DNA of 64,000 nucleotides from an uncultured Solirubrobacterales bacterium (GTDB taxonomy: Bacteria > Actinomycetota > Thermoleophilia > Solirubrobacterales > 70-9): contig CAVZEM010000007.1 in the NCBI GenBank assembly GCA_963774305.1, forward strand, positions 93,231-157,230, given 5' to 3'. Position numbers and translations under genes: made by a program. The notes under the pieces were generated by a model, which made no database searches, was not told the DNA's origin, and saw nothing but the letters and a program-made list of their open reading frames with translations. Shown here one piece after another: positions 18,959-28,050 of the stretch. Within the stretch, counting starts at the first letter, position 1. Each line of letters starts with the position of its first letter.

Positions 18959-20072
18959 ATGCGGGTTCAGATCGTCGATCCGGCGGCCTTCACGCCACCG
19001 TACGACCACGCCCTGTCGGGCGCGCTGGCCCGTGCAGGCGCGGAGGTGGAGCTGATCACGGCGCGCTTCCCGTACGGCCCGGTGCCGGTGGAGCGCGGCT
19101 ACTCGGTTCGAGAGTTCTTCTATCGGCGCGGATCCCGCCCCGAGATCAGCCCCCTGCGCCGGCGCCTGCTGCGCGCTGCGGAGCACATCCCCGACATGCG
19201 CCGCTACCGGCGGGTGGCCGAGCAGGCCGACGTCGTCCACTACCAGTGGCTGCCGATCCCGGCTCTCGATCGCCGCCTGCTGCCCCCGAAGCGGCCGCGC
19301 ATCTACACCATGCACTGGCGCCTGCCCCAGGCCGACTCGCGTATCGGCCGCACGCTGACGAAGCTGCTCGCTGAGATGGACGCGGTCGTGGTCCACTCCG
19401 AGCACGGCGCCGGACGCCTTCGGACCGACTTCGGGGTGGCGGCCGAGCGGCTGCGCGTCATCCCGCACGGGGCCTTCGACTATCTCACCAGCCAGCAGGA
19501 CGAGCTGGCACTGCCGGAGGAGCTACGGGACGTCGAGGGGCCCGTGATCCTCGCCTTCGGCCTGATCCGCCCCTACAAGGGGACGGACGTGCTGCTCGAG
19601 GCCTTCTCGCGAATCGAGGGCGCCGAGCTCTGGATCGTCGGCATGCCGCGCATGCCGATGGACGAGCTGCGCAAGCTGCGCCGATCAGGCGCCCGGCCGG
19701 GTCCGCTTCGTGGACCGATTCATCCCCGATGCCGAGATCCCGGCCTTCATGCGCCGTGCCGACCTCGTCGTGCAGCCGTACCGGAACATCGAGCAGTCGG
19801 GCGTCCTCTACACGGCCCTCGCCTTCGGGCGGCCGCTCGTCCTCAGCTCAGTGGGCGGCTTCACCGAGATCGGGAAGCGGGGGGCGGCGCGCCTGGTCCC
19901 GCCGGGGGACGCCGGCGCCCTCGCCGAGGCGCTCGGCGACCTGCTCGCGGACCGCGGCGCGAGGGAGGCGCTGGCCGCCGGCGCGGTCCGGGAGGCATCG
20001 ACGATCTCCTCATGGGACCGGATTGCGGAGTCCACCATGGCCCTCTACCAAGAGCTCCTCGGCTCGACATGA
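18959..20072 (+). pseudogene. Glycosyltransferase family 4, interrupted by a frameshift near 19679-19682
   Basis: The N-terminal domain in frame 2 reads to ...GMPRMPMDELRKLR. The GT4 C-terminal domain continues in frame 0 as ADQAPGRVRFVDRFIPDAEIPAFMRRADLVVQPYRNIEQSGVLYTALAFGRPLVLSSVGGFTEIG... to the stop at 20072. Confidence 0.8.
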
Positions 20073-20124
20073 ATCGGGTTGCTCCTGACGGAGCACCCTC
20101 GCGTTAACCGATAATCCCCCGCCA

Positions 20125-21285
20125 ATGGCGCTCGAGATCGTCTTCTGGGCCGCGGTCGGCCTGATCGTCTACGCCCACCTGGGCTATCCGCTGCTGCTCT
20201 GGGTGCTGGCCAAGCTCTTCGGGGAGGGGGACGGGGCGAGGGCGCGCGACAGCGCGACCCGTGAGATGAGGGAGGCCGATGTTGAGCTTCCTCACGCCAC
20301 GCTGGTCATCCCCGCCTACGACGAGGAGGAGGTGATCGAGCGCAAGATCGCCAACGCGCGGGCGCTCGACTACCCCGCGGATCGACTGGAGATCGTGGTC
20401 GCCTCGGACGGGTCGAGCGACCGGACGGCCGAGCTGGCGCGCGAGGCGGGAGCAGACCGCGTGCTTGAGCTTCCGCGCGGCGGCAAGGTCGCTGCCCTCA
20501 ACCAGGCCGTGCGGGAGGCGACCGGCACGGTCCTCGCCTTCTCCGACGCGAACAGCTTCTGGCGCCCTGACGCACTGCGTCGCCTGATCGCCCGCTTCGC
20601 CGACTCGCGCGTCGGATACGCCTGCGGCCAGGTGCGCTTCGAGGGGGGCGAAGGCGGCAACCAGGAAGGCATCTACTGGCGCTACGAGATGGCGGTGCGC
20701 TCGATGGAGACGAGGCTCGCTGGGATCACGGCGGGCAACGGCGCGATCTATGCGGTCCGTCGGGAGGCGTATATCGAGCTCGATCCCAGCCGCGGCCAGG
20801 ACATAGGCTTCCCGTTCGAGCTGACCAAGCGAGGCTGGCGCGCCGTCTACGAGCCCACGGCGGTGGCCGAGGAGAAGATGGCCCCGACGGTCGAGGGAGA
20901 GTTCCGCCGCAAGCGCCGGATGATGTGGGGGCTCTGGGACGTGATGCTCAAGTGGGGCATGCTCGACCCGCGCGGCTACGGCCCCGGCTACGCCCTCGAG
21001 ATCTACTCTCACCGCCTGCTTCGCTACCTGACGCCATGGCTGCACCTGATCGCGCTCGGGACCAACGTGGCGCTGCTCGGGCACGCGTGGGTATACGTCG
21101 CAACGATGGCACTGCAGCTCGCGCTGCTGGTCGGGGCGCTGCTCGGGCGCTTCGTCCCCGCCCTGCCGTTCAGGATCGCCTACTACTACGTCACCGTGAC
21201 CGCCTCCATCGCAGTGGGACTCTGGGACCGGCTCCGAGCCGGATCCGTGCCGATCGGCTGGGAGAAGGTCGAGGGCACCCGATGA
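20125..21285 (+). CDS. Membrane glycosyltransferase family 2 (processive-type topology)
   Basis: N-terminal TM, LVIPAYDEEEVI, VASDGSSDRT, FSDANS and GNGAIYAVRR motifs, plus C-terminal TM helices. Confidence 0.85.
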   Translation: MALEIVFWAAVGLIVYAHLGYPLLLWVLAKLFGEGDGARARDSATREMREADVELPHATLVIPAYDEEEVIERKIANARALDYPADRLEIVVASDGSSDRTAELAREAGADRVLELPRGGKVAALNQAVREATGTVLAFSDANSFWRPDALRRLIARFADSRVGYACGQVRFEGGEGGNQEGIYWRYEMAVRSMETRLAGITAGNGAIYAVRREAYIELDPSRGQDIGFPFELTKRGWRAVYEPTAVAEEKMAPTVEGEFRRKRRMMWGLWDVMLKWGMLDPRGYGPGYALEIYSHRLLRYLTPWLHLIALGTNVALLGHAWVYVATMALQLALLVGALLGRFVPALPFRIAYYYVTVTASIAVGLWDRLRAGSVPIGWEKVEGTR

Positions 21286-22001
21286 GCTCAACGAACGGCC
21301 CGGTGCCGGACGCCCATCAGCAGCGCTTGGACGTGCCACCGCCCGCGACCAGGCCGAAGCAGGGCCTGCCGCGCTGGGCCGACCTGACGATCGCCGTCGC
21401 CAGCCTGGTCCTCGTCTCCCCGATCCTGGCGGCCGCCGCCATCGCAATTCGCCTGGAGTCCCGCGGACCCGTCCTCTACCGCCAGCGGCGCGTCGGCAGG
21501 GACGGAGTGATCTTCGAGATGTTCAAGCTGCGCACCATGCGCCAGGGTGCCGACCCGGTTGGAGTCGGCACCGCCGTGACCGCCGAGGACCCGCGGGTGA
21601 CGCGCGTCGGCAGGCTGCTGCGCCGCTTTTCCCTGGATGAGCTGCCGAACCTCTTCAACGTGCTGCGCGGCGAGATGCGGATCGTCGGGCCCCGCGCCAC
21701 GCTGCCCGCGCAGGTCGAGCTCTACACGCCGCGTCAGCTGCGTCGCCTGGACCTGCGGCCGGGGGTCACCGGCTGGGCGCAGATTCATGGCCGCGCCGGC
21801 ATTCCCTGGGAGGAGCGGATCGAGCTGGACGTCTGGTACGTCGAGCATCGTTCGTTGCGCCTGGATCTGAAGATCCTCGCCCGCACCCCCGGCGCCCTGC
21901 TGGGCGGCGCGGGCAACATCGCCGTCGACCCGTACGCCGGCTCCTCGGCCGACTCGCCGCTGCGGAAGGCCGCCGAGCGCGAGCAGGCCGGTGACCGCTG
22001 A
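21282..22001 (+). CDS. Initiating sugar-phosphate transferase (Bac_transf; PglC/WbaP C-terminal type)
   Basis: One TM, then ESRGPVLYRQRRVGRDGVIFEMFKLRTM...DELPNLFNVLRGEMRIVGPR...RPGVTGWAQI. ATGA overlap with the upstream GT2. Confidence 0.9.
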   Translation: MSSTNGPVPDAHQQRLDVPPPATRPKQGLPRWADLTIAVASLVLVSPILAAAAIAIRLESRGPVLYRQRRVGRDGVIFEMFKLRTMRQGADPVGVGTAVTAEDPRVTRVGRLLRRFSLDELPNLFNVLRGEMRIVGPRATLPAQVELYTPRQLRRLDLRPGVTGWAQIHGRAGIPWEERIELDVWYVEHRSLRLDLKILARTPGALLGGAGNIAVDPYAGSSADSPLRKAAEREQAGDR

Positions 22002-22546
22002 TGGCGCGCGGCATCTCCCTGCGGGATTTCCAATCGAACGACGCCGCCGCGGTCCACCGTTGGTTCAACTCGCCCGCGGCGACGGCGAACCTGCTCGAGC
22101 ACCGCGACGAGTTCAGCGAGGAGGATGCCGAGCGCTGGGTCAAGCGGGCGATCGAGCAGTCGAACGACCCCGACGCCGAGGACCGCAAGTGGGCTGTGGA
22201 GGTCGAGGGGATCGACGAGCCGGTCGGCTACACGGCGCTCTACGGCCTCAACCGCCAGACCGCGCCGGAGCTCGGGGCGATCATGGGCGACGAGCGCGTT
22301 CGCGGCAGGGGCGTCGGCCGCGAGGCCGAGCGCCTCACCAACCTGAAGGCCTTCGAGGAGTTCGGCGCCCACAAGGTCTACGGCCGGATCCCGGCGACCA
22401 ACGAGGCCGCGAAGAAGGCCGTCATCTACAACGGCTGGAAGCAGGAGGGCGTCCTGCGCAACCAGGTCCGCCACGGCGACGAGCTGATCGACGTCGAGCT
22501 CTGGGGCGGTTTCCGTGAGGACCTGCCCGAGCCGCCCGAAGAGTGA
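22001..22546 (+). CDS. GNAT-family N-acetyltransferase (RimJ/RimL-like)
   Basis: LRDFQSNDAAAVHRW...RGRGVGREAE...YGRIPATNEAAKKAVIYNGWKQEGVLR. TGATG overlap. Confidence 0.8.
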   Translation: MARGISLRDFQSNDAAAVHRWFNSPAATANLLEHRDEFSEEDAERWVKRAIEQSNDPDAEDRKWAVEVEGIDEPVGYTALYGLNRQTAPELGAIMGDERVRGRGVGREAERLTNLKAFEEFGAHKVYGRIPATNEAAKKAVIYNGWKQEGVLRNQVRHGDELIDVELWGGFREDLPEPPEE

Positions 22547-23454
22547 AGGCGACCCTGATCGCGGACGGCGGCGCGGCCGCCTCCGACGACGACAACTTCT
22601 TCCGCTCGACGCCGTTTCTCGAAGCCGAGGGGGCGACCCACACGGTCGAGGTCGAGGGTGTCCTGCGCCTGCCCGTGATCGTCCGCTCGATCGAGGGAAC
22701 GGAGCGCGTCGATGGGATCTCGCCCTACGGGTATCCGGGGGCCTCCGGGAGCTACGAGGAGCCCATCGATCCCAGCGGGATCGACTGGTCCGGGACGCGA
22801 CTGGTCAGCGTCTTCGTGCGAGATCGGATCGGCCGGGAGTGTCTGTCCGGCGGCACAGTTCGGAACCACGTTCACATCGCCGACGGAGATTCCGGCATCC
22901 GCAAGCGCCTCCGCGAGCAGATCAGGCGCAACGAGCGGCGCGGCTGGCAGGTGGAGGTGCTCGGCGGCCCCGAGGCGGACGGCGCGGCGCGGTCGGCGTT
23001 CGAGCGTGCCTACACCGAGACCATGGCCCGCACCGGCGCGGCCGGGCGGTATCTCTACCCGACCGAGTACTTCGAGCGGCTGCTGCGAAGCGACCGGAGT
23101 TGGCTCGTTCTGGGCGAGCGCGAAGGGAACGGGCTTGCCGGAGCGATCGCTGTCGCCAGCGACGGCTACCTGCACTACTACCTCGGCGGCACGGCTGACG
23201 GGGCACTCGGCGACTCGCCGATGAAGAACCTGTTCGCGGCGATGATCTCGCTCGGCACAGAGCTCGGGGTGCCGCTGAGCCTCGGAGGCGGCCTCACCCC
23301 GGGGGACTCGCTGGACTCCTTCAAGCGCGGCTTCGCGAACGGCGAGGCGCCGTTCCACACCCATGAGCTGATCTGCGACCGAGCCGTCTATGAGGAGCTG
23401 GTCGCCGGGTCGGGCCCTGCGCCCGAGGGCTTCTTCCCCGCCTATCGGTCTTGA
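22543..23454 (+). CDS. FemAB-like/Acetyltransf_6-type acyltransferase
   Basis: YLHYYLGGTADGALGDSPMKNLFAAMISLGTELGVPLSLGGG resembles FemAB/BioF2-like GNAT-fold proteins found in exopolysaccharide loci. The assignment is tentative. Confidence 0.55.
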   Translation: MKATLIADGGAAASDDDNFFRSTPFLEAEGATHTVEVEGVLRLPVIVRSIEGTERVDGISPYGYPGASGSYEEPIDPSGIDWSGTRLVSVFVRDRIGRECLSGGTVRNHVHIADGDSGIRKRLREQIRRNERRGWQVEVLGGPEADGAARSAFERAYTETMARTGAAGRYLYPTEYFERLLRSDRSWLVLGEREGNGLAGAIAVASDGYLHYYLGGTADGALGDSPMKNLFAAMISLGTELGVPLSLGGGLTPGDSLDSFKRGFANGEAPFHTHELICDRAVYEELVAGSGPAPEGFFPAYRS

Positions 23455-24648
23455 TCAAACGGGTGGCGCTGACGCGCGCCCTCGCACATGCTTCTTGCGC
23501 CGTCCCTTCGCGAAGCGCTTGATGCGCTTCTGCACGGCTGCCTGGAGTTGCGGGACCAGCGGGATCATCGCCCCGCCGGGACAGGCGGTCAGCCCGAGCG
23601 TGGTGTGTCCCAGGACCCGAGGCACGGTGATCACGGTCCCCGCCGGATAACGGCTCTCCGATCCGCCGGCCGAGGTGAGCTGTACGGCGCCGGTGGCGGG
23701 GGTGGCGTGGTTGATCCCCATCTTCCAGGCCAGGAACTGGATGATCGAGCGCTGGGCCTGCGGGGTCGGGGGCTCGCTCGTGTGGTCGCCGATCGAGGCG
23801 ATCGAGGTTGTCTGCGAGTTGAAGCCCTGCGCCTGCGCGCCGACGACCGGGCGCTTCAGGCCGCCGGCGCGGCCCTCGTAGAGCGTCCCGAAGCGGTCGA
23901 CGAGCGCGTCGTAGCCGATGTCGTTCCAGCCGTTGCCGAAGACGTGAAAGCGGCAGATTCCGAGGGCGATGGAGGGCGCCTCGGCGGGCGTGTAGTCGTT
24001 GGCGTTCACGGTGTGGTGGATCACGGCGGCCCGCACGGTGCCGTACTGCGGCGGCCCCCGGGGTGGGCAGCCGCCGTCGGCGAGGTCCGCGCCCCAGGCG
24101 GCGCGGCTGACGACCTGGGGCTTCGGCGACAGGGCCTGGGCGATCGGCGTGGAGGCGACGGAGATCACCGCGGCGTTGATCGCGTGCCGGGCGGAGTTCA
24201 CGAGCCGGTCGGCGAAGCTGCCCGCCGTTCCCGAGACGTTCACGAAGTGCAGGCGCCCGTGTGGCCGGAACGGGGCCCGCACCTGGGCGATGTCCGCGCC
24301 CCCTACATAGATCGGCGTGCCGTCCTCCTGCTCCACCCAGTCGCTCCAGTGGCCGCCGTCGTCGCGAACTCGGATCTGGACGCTGTGGGGCTCGCGCGCG
24401 ACCCCGACCAGGTCGAAGCGGTGGGGCGCCTCCACGGGCGCCGAGATCCAGCGCGGCGCCTTCTCGTGAGGATGCGCGGACCGGACCGAGGCGATCGCAG
24501 CGGGCGCCATGCGCTTCGCGGCGGGAATCGCGTGCTCGAAGTCGACCGCCCCGGGCATGTACGGGCGCAGCGACAGCGCCGGCGCGGCGACCCAGGCGAG
24601 GGCCGTGATCAGCGCCAGGCACACCCCCGTCAGCACCTTCACGCGCAT
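23455..24648 (-). CDS. Secreted N-acetylmuramoyl-L-alanine amidase (Amidase_2/PGRP domain)
   Basis: AVIHHTVNANDY...CRFHVFGNGWNDIGYDALVDRFGTLYEGRAGG. The signal-peptide-like start MRVKVLTGVCLALITALAWVAAPA at 24648 is preferred. The track start at 24678 lies inside an R2 repeat. Confidence 0.8.
   Translation of the reverse strand: MRVKVLTGVCLALITALAWVAAPALSLRPYMPGAVDFEHAIPAAKRMAPAAIASVRSAHPHEKAPRWISAPVEAPHRFDLVGVAREPHSVQIRVRDDGGHWSDWVEQEDGTPIYVGGADIAQVRAPFRPHGRLHFVNVSGTAGSFADRLVNSARHAINAAVISVASTPIAQALSPKPQVVSRAAWGADLADGGCPPRGPPQYGTVRAAVIHHTVNANDYTPAEAPSIALGICRFHVFGNGWNDIGYDALVDRFGTLYEGRAGGLKRPVVGAQAQGFNSQTTSIASIGDHTSEPPTPQAQRSIIQFLAWKMGINHATPATGAVQLTSAGGSESRYPAGTVITVPRVLGHTTLGLTACPGGAMIPLVPQLQAAVQKRIKRFAKGRRKKHVRGRASAPPV
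23457..23486 (+). repeat. R1 30-nt hairpin repeat
   Basis: AAACGGGTGGCGCTGACGCGCGCCCTCGCA between convergent genes. Its reverse strand supplies the last codons (RGRASAPPV) and the stop of the amidase ORF. Confidence 0.85.
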
Positions 24649-24665
24649 CCTGTGTTTGGAACACA

Positions 24666-24762
24666 TCGGCTTCGCCATCAGATCGCGGCCACGAGCGGCC
24701 GCCCCACATAAGTCGCTCCGGGCTTCGCCCTCCGCTCCAAAGTGGAGCGGCCTGGTGGCCGC
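24666..24762 (+). repeat. R2 structured intergenic repeat
   Basis: CGGCTTCGCCATCAGATC-GCGGCCAC-...-GGGCTTCGCCC-CCGCTCCAAAGTGGAGCGG-CCTG-GTGGCCGC. Its last base is the first base of the DUF3105 stop codon (CTA on the + strand). Confidence 0.85.
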
Positions 24763-25541
24763 TATCCGAGGTTGATGGGAACCTGCTGCTCCGGCCCGTT
24801 GCCGCGGTACTTGTCGCGGAAGTTACGGATCACGTCCAGCACGACGGGGTTGTAGTTCGGGCAGACGACCTCGTTGGTCCACGCGGTGACCGCGACGTCG
24901 TAGGGCATGTCGGGGTCGGGATAGAGCAGAACGCCGTCGGGATCCGCGTCGAAGACGCCCTTGAGGGCCAGCTGCTGGTCCTGGGTCAGGCCCGGCTTGT
25001 AGTGGATCTCGATCCGCCCATGCTCCATCGCGTGGACCTCGTTGCGGATGTTGGTCTCCTTGCTCGTGTCGCTGGTGACCGGCGTCCGATAGGCGCCGTC
25101 CGAGATCGGGACAGGGTTGTGGTTGCCCGAGGTCGGCGGCACGGTCCCGTAGTGGACCGGCGTCGAGTTCGGCACGTGCGTGTTGCCCTCGTCCGGCAGG
25201 TTCTCCTTGAGCTGACAGCCCGCCTTCTGGGCGGAGGCGGCGAGGTCGCCGAACTGGGTCGGGGCGACGGACTCGCTCGTCCCCTGCCGGCAGTCGGGTG
25301 TCAGGTCCTTGAAGCTGCCCGTGTTCTGGATGTGGGCGTTGCTGCAAGCGTCGGCCGCGGCGCTTCCACCGCCACCACCACTCGCGATCACGGCGACCAG
25401 CCCTGCGATCACCGTCGCCGTGAGGAGACCGGCGACGACGTAGCCGGCCATCAGGCGCCGGCGCCCGCCGGATTGCGACGCCCGCTCGGCGGCGAGTCGC
25501 TGCGCGCGGAGGCGCTCCTTCTCTTCCTTGCGGCTGGCCAT
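24762..25541 (-). CDS. DUF3105-domain membrane-anchored protein
   Basis: N-terminal TM, then ...HAMEHGRIEIHYKPGL...AVTAWT..., characteristic of DUF3105. Confidence 0.65.
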   Translation of the reverse strand: MASRKEEKERLRAQRLAAERASQSGGRRRLMAGYVVAGLLTATVIAGLVAVIASGGGGGSAAADACSNAHIQNTGSFKDLTPDCRQGTSESVAPTQFGDLAASAQKAGCQLKENLPDEGNTHVPNSTPVHYGTVPPTSGNHNPVPISDGAYRTPVTSDTSKETNIRNEVHAMEHGRIEIHYKPGLTQDQQLALKGVFDADPDGVLLYPDPDMPYDVAVTAWTNEVVCPNYNPVVLDVIRNFRDKYRGNGPEQQVPINLG

Positions 25542-25570
25542 GGGAGGGCGAAGAGGCTAGCGGAGGCGGT

Positions 25571-26425
25571 TCAAGCCTCGCTTAGCGCGTCCCCAGTAGC
25601 CCCGGCGGCGGCTTCTGTGGCCGCCGGATGATGCTGGCCCCAGACCTCTTCGAGGAACTTGGCCAGCTCGGCATCGAGCCGCTCCGGCGAGATCCGCCAC
25701 TCGAGTATGGAGTTCGCCTCGATCAGCCGTGCATTCGGGAGCTCCTCCACGAGCATCCCCGAATCCGAGAAGGGGTGGAGCGGGTCGGCGCGGTGGCCGA
25801 TCACCAAGGCGGGCTGAGTCATCTTGACCCGGAACTGCTTGTGGGGCGCCGAGGACCCGAGGAAGAGCCCCTCCAGGATGGCCGAGGAGGGAGCGGGGTC
25901 CTGACGAGCCATGTCGAGACCCATGTCGAGCAGTGGATTGGTCCGCGGGATCTTCCGCGCGGCCGCAGCAACGCGGCGGAGCAGCGGCTCGCCCAGCCGC
26001 AGACCGACCATGATCGGCGTGAAGATCAACGCCGCCGCCAGCAGGGCGTTGTCGAGGACCGGCATCTCGATCATCATCGCCCTCACCCGCTTGGGGGCCA
26101 TGTGGTCTAGCTCGAGTGTCGCGTTCGCACCCAGTGAGGTCCCGCCGACCACGGCCTGATCGATCCCGAGGTGATCCATCAGGGCCTCGACCTGGCGTGC
26201 GAAGAAGGTCATGGAGTAGTTCGACATCTCCGCCGGGCGATCCGAGCGGCCGTGTCCCAGCAGGTCCACTGCGATCACCCGGTTGCCGAGCGCCGCCATC
26301 TCGGGCCCCAGCCGGTCGAACATCCGCCGGTTCATCAGCAACCCGTGGATCAGAATCAGCGGCCGGTCGCCCTCTCCGTGCTCGTCGTAGGAGATTGTGT
26401 TGCCGTTGTAGTCGAACTCGGGCAT
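25571..26425 (-). CDS. Alpha/beta hydrolase
   Basis: PLILIHGLLMN, LLGHGRSD and the GGTSLGA nucleophile elbow. Confidence 0.8.
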   Translation of the reverse strand: MPEFDYNGNTISYDEHGEGDRPLILIHGLLMNRRMFDRLGPEMAALGNRVIAVDLLGHGRSDRPAEMSNYSMTFFARQVEALMDHLGIDQAVVGGTSLGANATLELDHMAPKRVRAMMIEMPVLDNALLAAALIFTPIMVGLRLGEPLLRRVAAAARKIPRTNPLLDMGLDMARQDPAPSSAILEGLFLGSSAPHKQFRVKMTQPALVIGHRADPLHPFSDSGMLVEELPNARLIEANSILEWRISPERLDAELAKFLEEVWGQHHPAATEAAAGATGDALSEA

Positions 26426-26449
26426 CGCGGCGAGAGTCTAGGCGCAGGC

Positions 26450-27370
26450 TCAGGCGGCGCCGGCGGTCGCGGGCGCTCCAGGTTCCCGCTCCTCCCAGGG
26501 CTTGGCGGCGTGCAGAGCTCCCAGGATCGCCCGGGCGGCGGGCCAGCGGTTGAGCGCGTACAGGTGGATGCCGGGGGCGCCCCGGCGCAGGAGATCGGCG
26601 CACTGCTGCGTCGCGTAGGCCACACCCAACTCGAACTCGGCGCGCTCGTCGCCGTCGAGCGCCTCCATCGCGGAGGCGAGCGGCTCTGGGATCGTCGCCT
26701 CGCAGAGCTCGGAGATCCGGGCGATCTGCCTGAACCCGGTCATGGGCATCACCCCGGGAATGATCGGCACGTCGATGCCCGCCGCCCGCGCCGCCGGCAC
26801 GAAGTCGAAGTAGAGCTGGTTGTCGAAGAAGAGCTGCGTGATCAGGAAGCTGACGCCGTTGTCGACCTTGGTCTTCAGGTAGGCGAGGTCGGCCTCCAGG
26901 CTCGGGGCCTCCGGGTGGATCTCCGGAAAGCAGGCGCCGCCGATCGCGATCTCGGGATGGGTCTCGTGGATCAGCGCCGCCAGCTCCGACGCGCTGCCCA
27001 GGCCGCCCTCGGGCTGCTCGAAGTGCTTCTCCCCGCGCGGCGGATCGCCCCGCAGGGCGAGGATGTTCTCGATCCCGGCGTCAGCGATCCGGTCGATCAT
27101 CTCCCGCAGGCTCTCGGTCGTCTCGCCGACGCAGCTCAGGTGCGCCATCGCCTCCGAGTCGTACTGGTCGCGGATCGCCTTGGTGGTGTCGAGCGTGCCC
27201 TCGCGGGTGGCGCCGCCGGCGCCGTACGTCACCGAGAAGAAGTGCGGATCGAGCCGGCGCAGCACCTCGACGGTCTCGAACAGGGTCTGGCGCCCCTCGT
27301 CGGTCTTGGGAGGGAAGAACTCGACCGAGAAGACCGGCCGGGCCGAAGAAAGCATTTCGTCGATCTTCAT
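26450..27370 (-). CDS. metF: Methylenetetrahydrofolate reductase
   Basis: From the ATG at 27370: MKIDEMLSSARPVFSVEFFPPKTDEG...FSVTYGAGG...LRGDPP...ITQLFFD. Confidence 0.9.
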   Translation of the reverse strand: MKIDEMLSSARPVFSVEFFPPKTDEGRQTLFETVEVLRRLDPHFFSVTYGAGGATREGTLDTTKAIRDQYDSEAMAHLSCVGETTESLREMIDRIADAGIENILALRGDPPRGEKHFEQPEGGLGSASELAALIHETHPEIAIGGACFPEIHPEAPSLEADLAYLKTKVDNGVSFLITQLFFDNQLYFDFVPAARAAGIDVPIIPGVMPMTGFRQIARISELCEATIPEPLASAMEALDGDERAEFELGVAYATQQCADLLRRGAPGIHLYALNRWPAARAILGALHAAKPWEEREPGAPATAGAA

Positions 27371-27408
27371 CAGAGCAAGGGTATTGAGCGGGCCATAGCA
27401 TCGAGCCA

Positions 27409-28050
27409 ATGGCGTTTCACGTGGAGATCTCGAGCGGCTTCCGGCAGCGGGCCCGTGCATTCAACCTGGACGAGGCGAAGCTGCGCAGCTCGATCGTCGA
27501 TCCGTGGATCCGCGAGCGCCCGATCTCCCTGGGGGACAAGGAGTGGGAGCCGCGCGACTGCAAGCTGATCATCCTCGAGGGTCCGGAGCTGCCCGACACC
27601 GACCTCTCGATGGGCCGGGGTTGGTCGAACGCCGAGAAGACGGCAGAGAACGTCACACGCCGGCTGATCGATGCCGCATCCACGCCGTCGAAGCCTGTCG
27701 TCGCCATCGTGGCCGAGGGTGATGGGACGGCTGCCGAGATCTCCCGCATGCTGGAGCGGCTCGGGCTCGAGGCGGCTCCCTGGCCGGAGCTGCGCGCCCG
27801 GATCCTGAGCCCACCGGCGACGCCCTCGGGGCCAGGCTACGCGGCCGTGCTCGCGACCGACAGCGCCGAGCCCGGGGCTTCCTGGCTGTTCGATGCCGGA
27901 CTGGCGCGTGGTGCTCTCGGCCCTCGCGCCGTGGTCGCTCAGCTCGGAGACGCCTCCATCCCTGCCCAGCTTGCCGGAGTGGACGTCATCCGCTTGGTGC
28001 CGGACGACGAGATGTCGCTGCGGGCGCTGGGGGACCGGCTTAGTGGCTGA
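27409..28050 (+). CDS. Hypothetical protein
   Basis: A 213-aa ORF with coding-like composition and no motif I recognise. Its TGA stop is fused to the 5' end of an R2 repeat. Confidence 0.5.
   Translation: MAFHVEISSGFRQRARAFNLDEAKLRSSIVDPWIRERPISLGDKEWEPRDCKLIILEGPELPDTDLSMGRGWSNAEKTAENVTRRLIDAASTPSKPVVAIVAEGDGTAAEISRMLERLGLEAAPWPELRARILSPPATPSGPGYAAVLATDSAEPGASWLFDAGLARGALGPRAVVAQLGDASIPAQLAGVDVIRLVPDDEMSLRALGDRLSG

Noticed and set aside
19660-19700. Programmed ribosomal frameshift in the GT4 gene
   Set aside because: There is no slippery heptamer or obvious downstream pseudoknot at the junction. An indel or sequencing error is the simpler explanation.
24666-24762. Possibility that R2 is a tRNA-like gene (closing stem plus three stem-loops)
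   Set aside because: It lacks conserved D- and T-loop sequences, an anticodon-loop geometry, and the correct stem lengths. I treat it as a structured repeat, not a tRNA.
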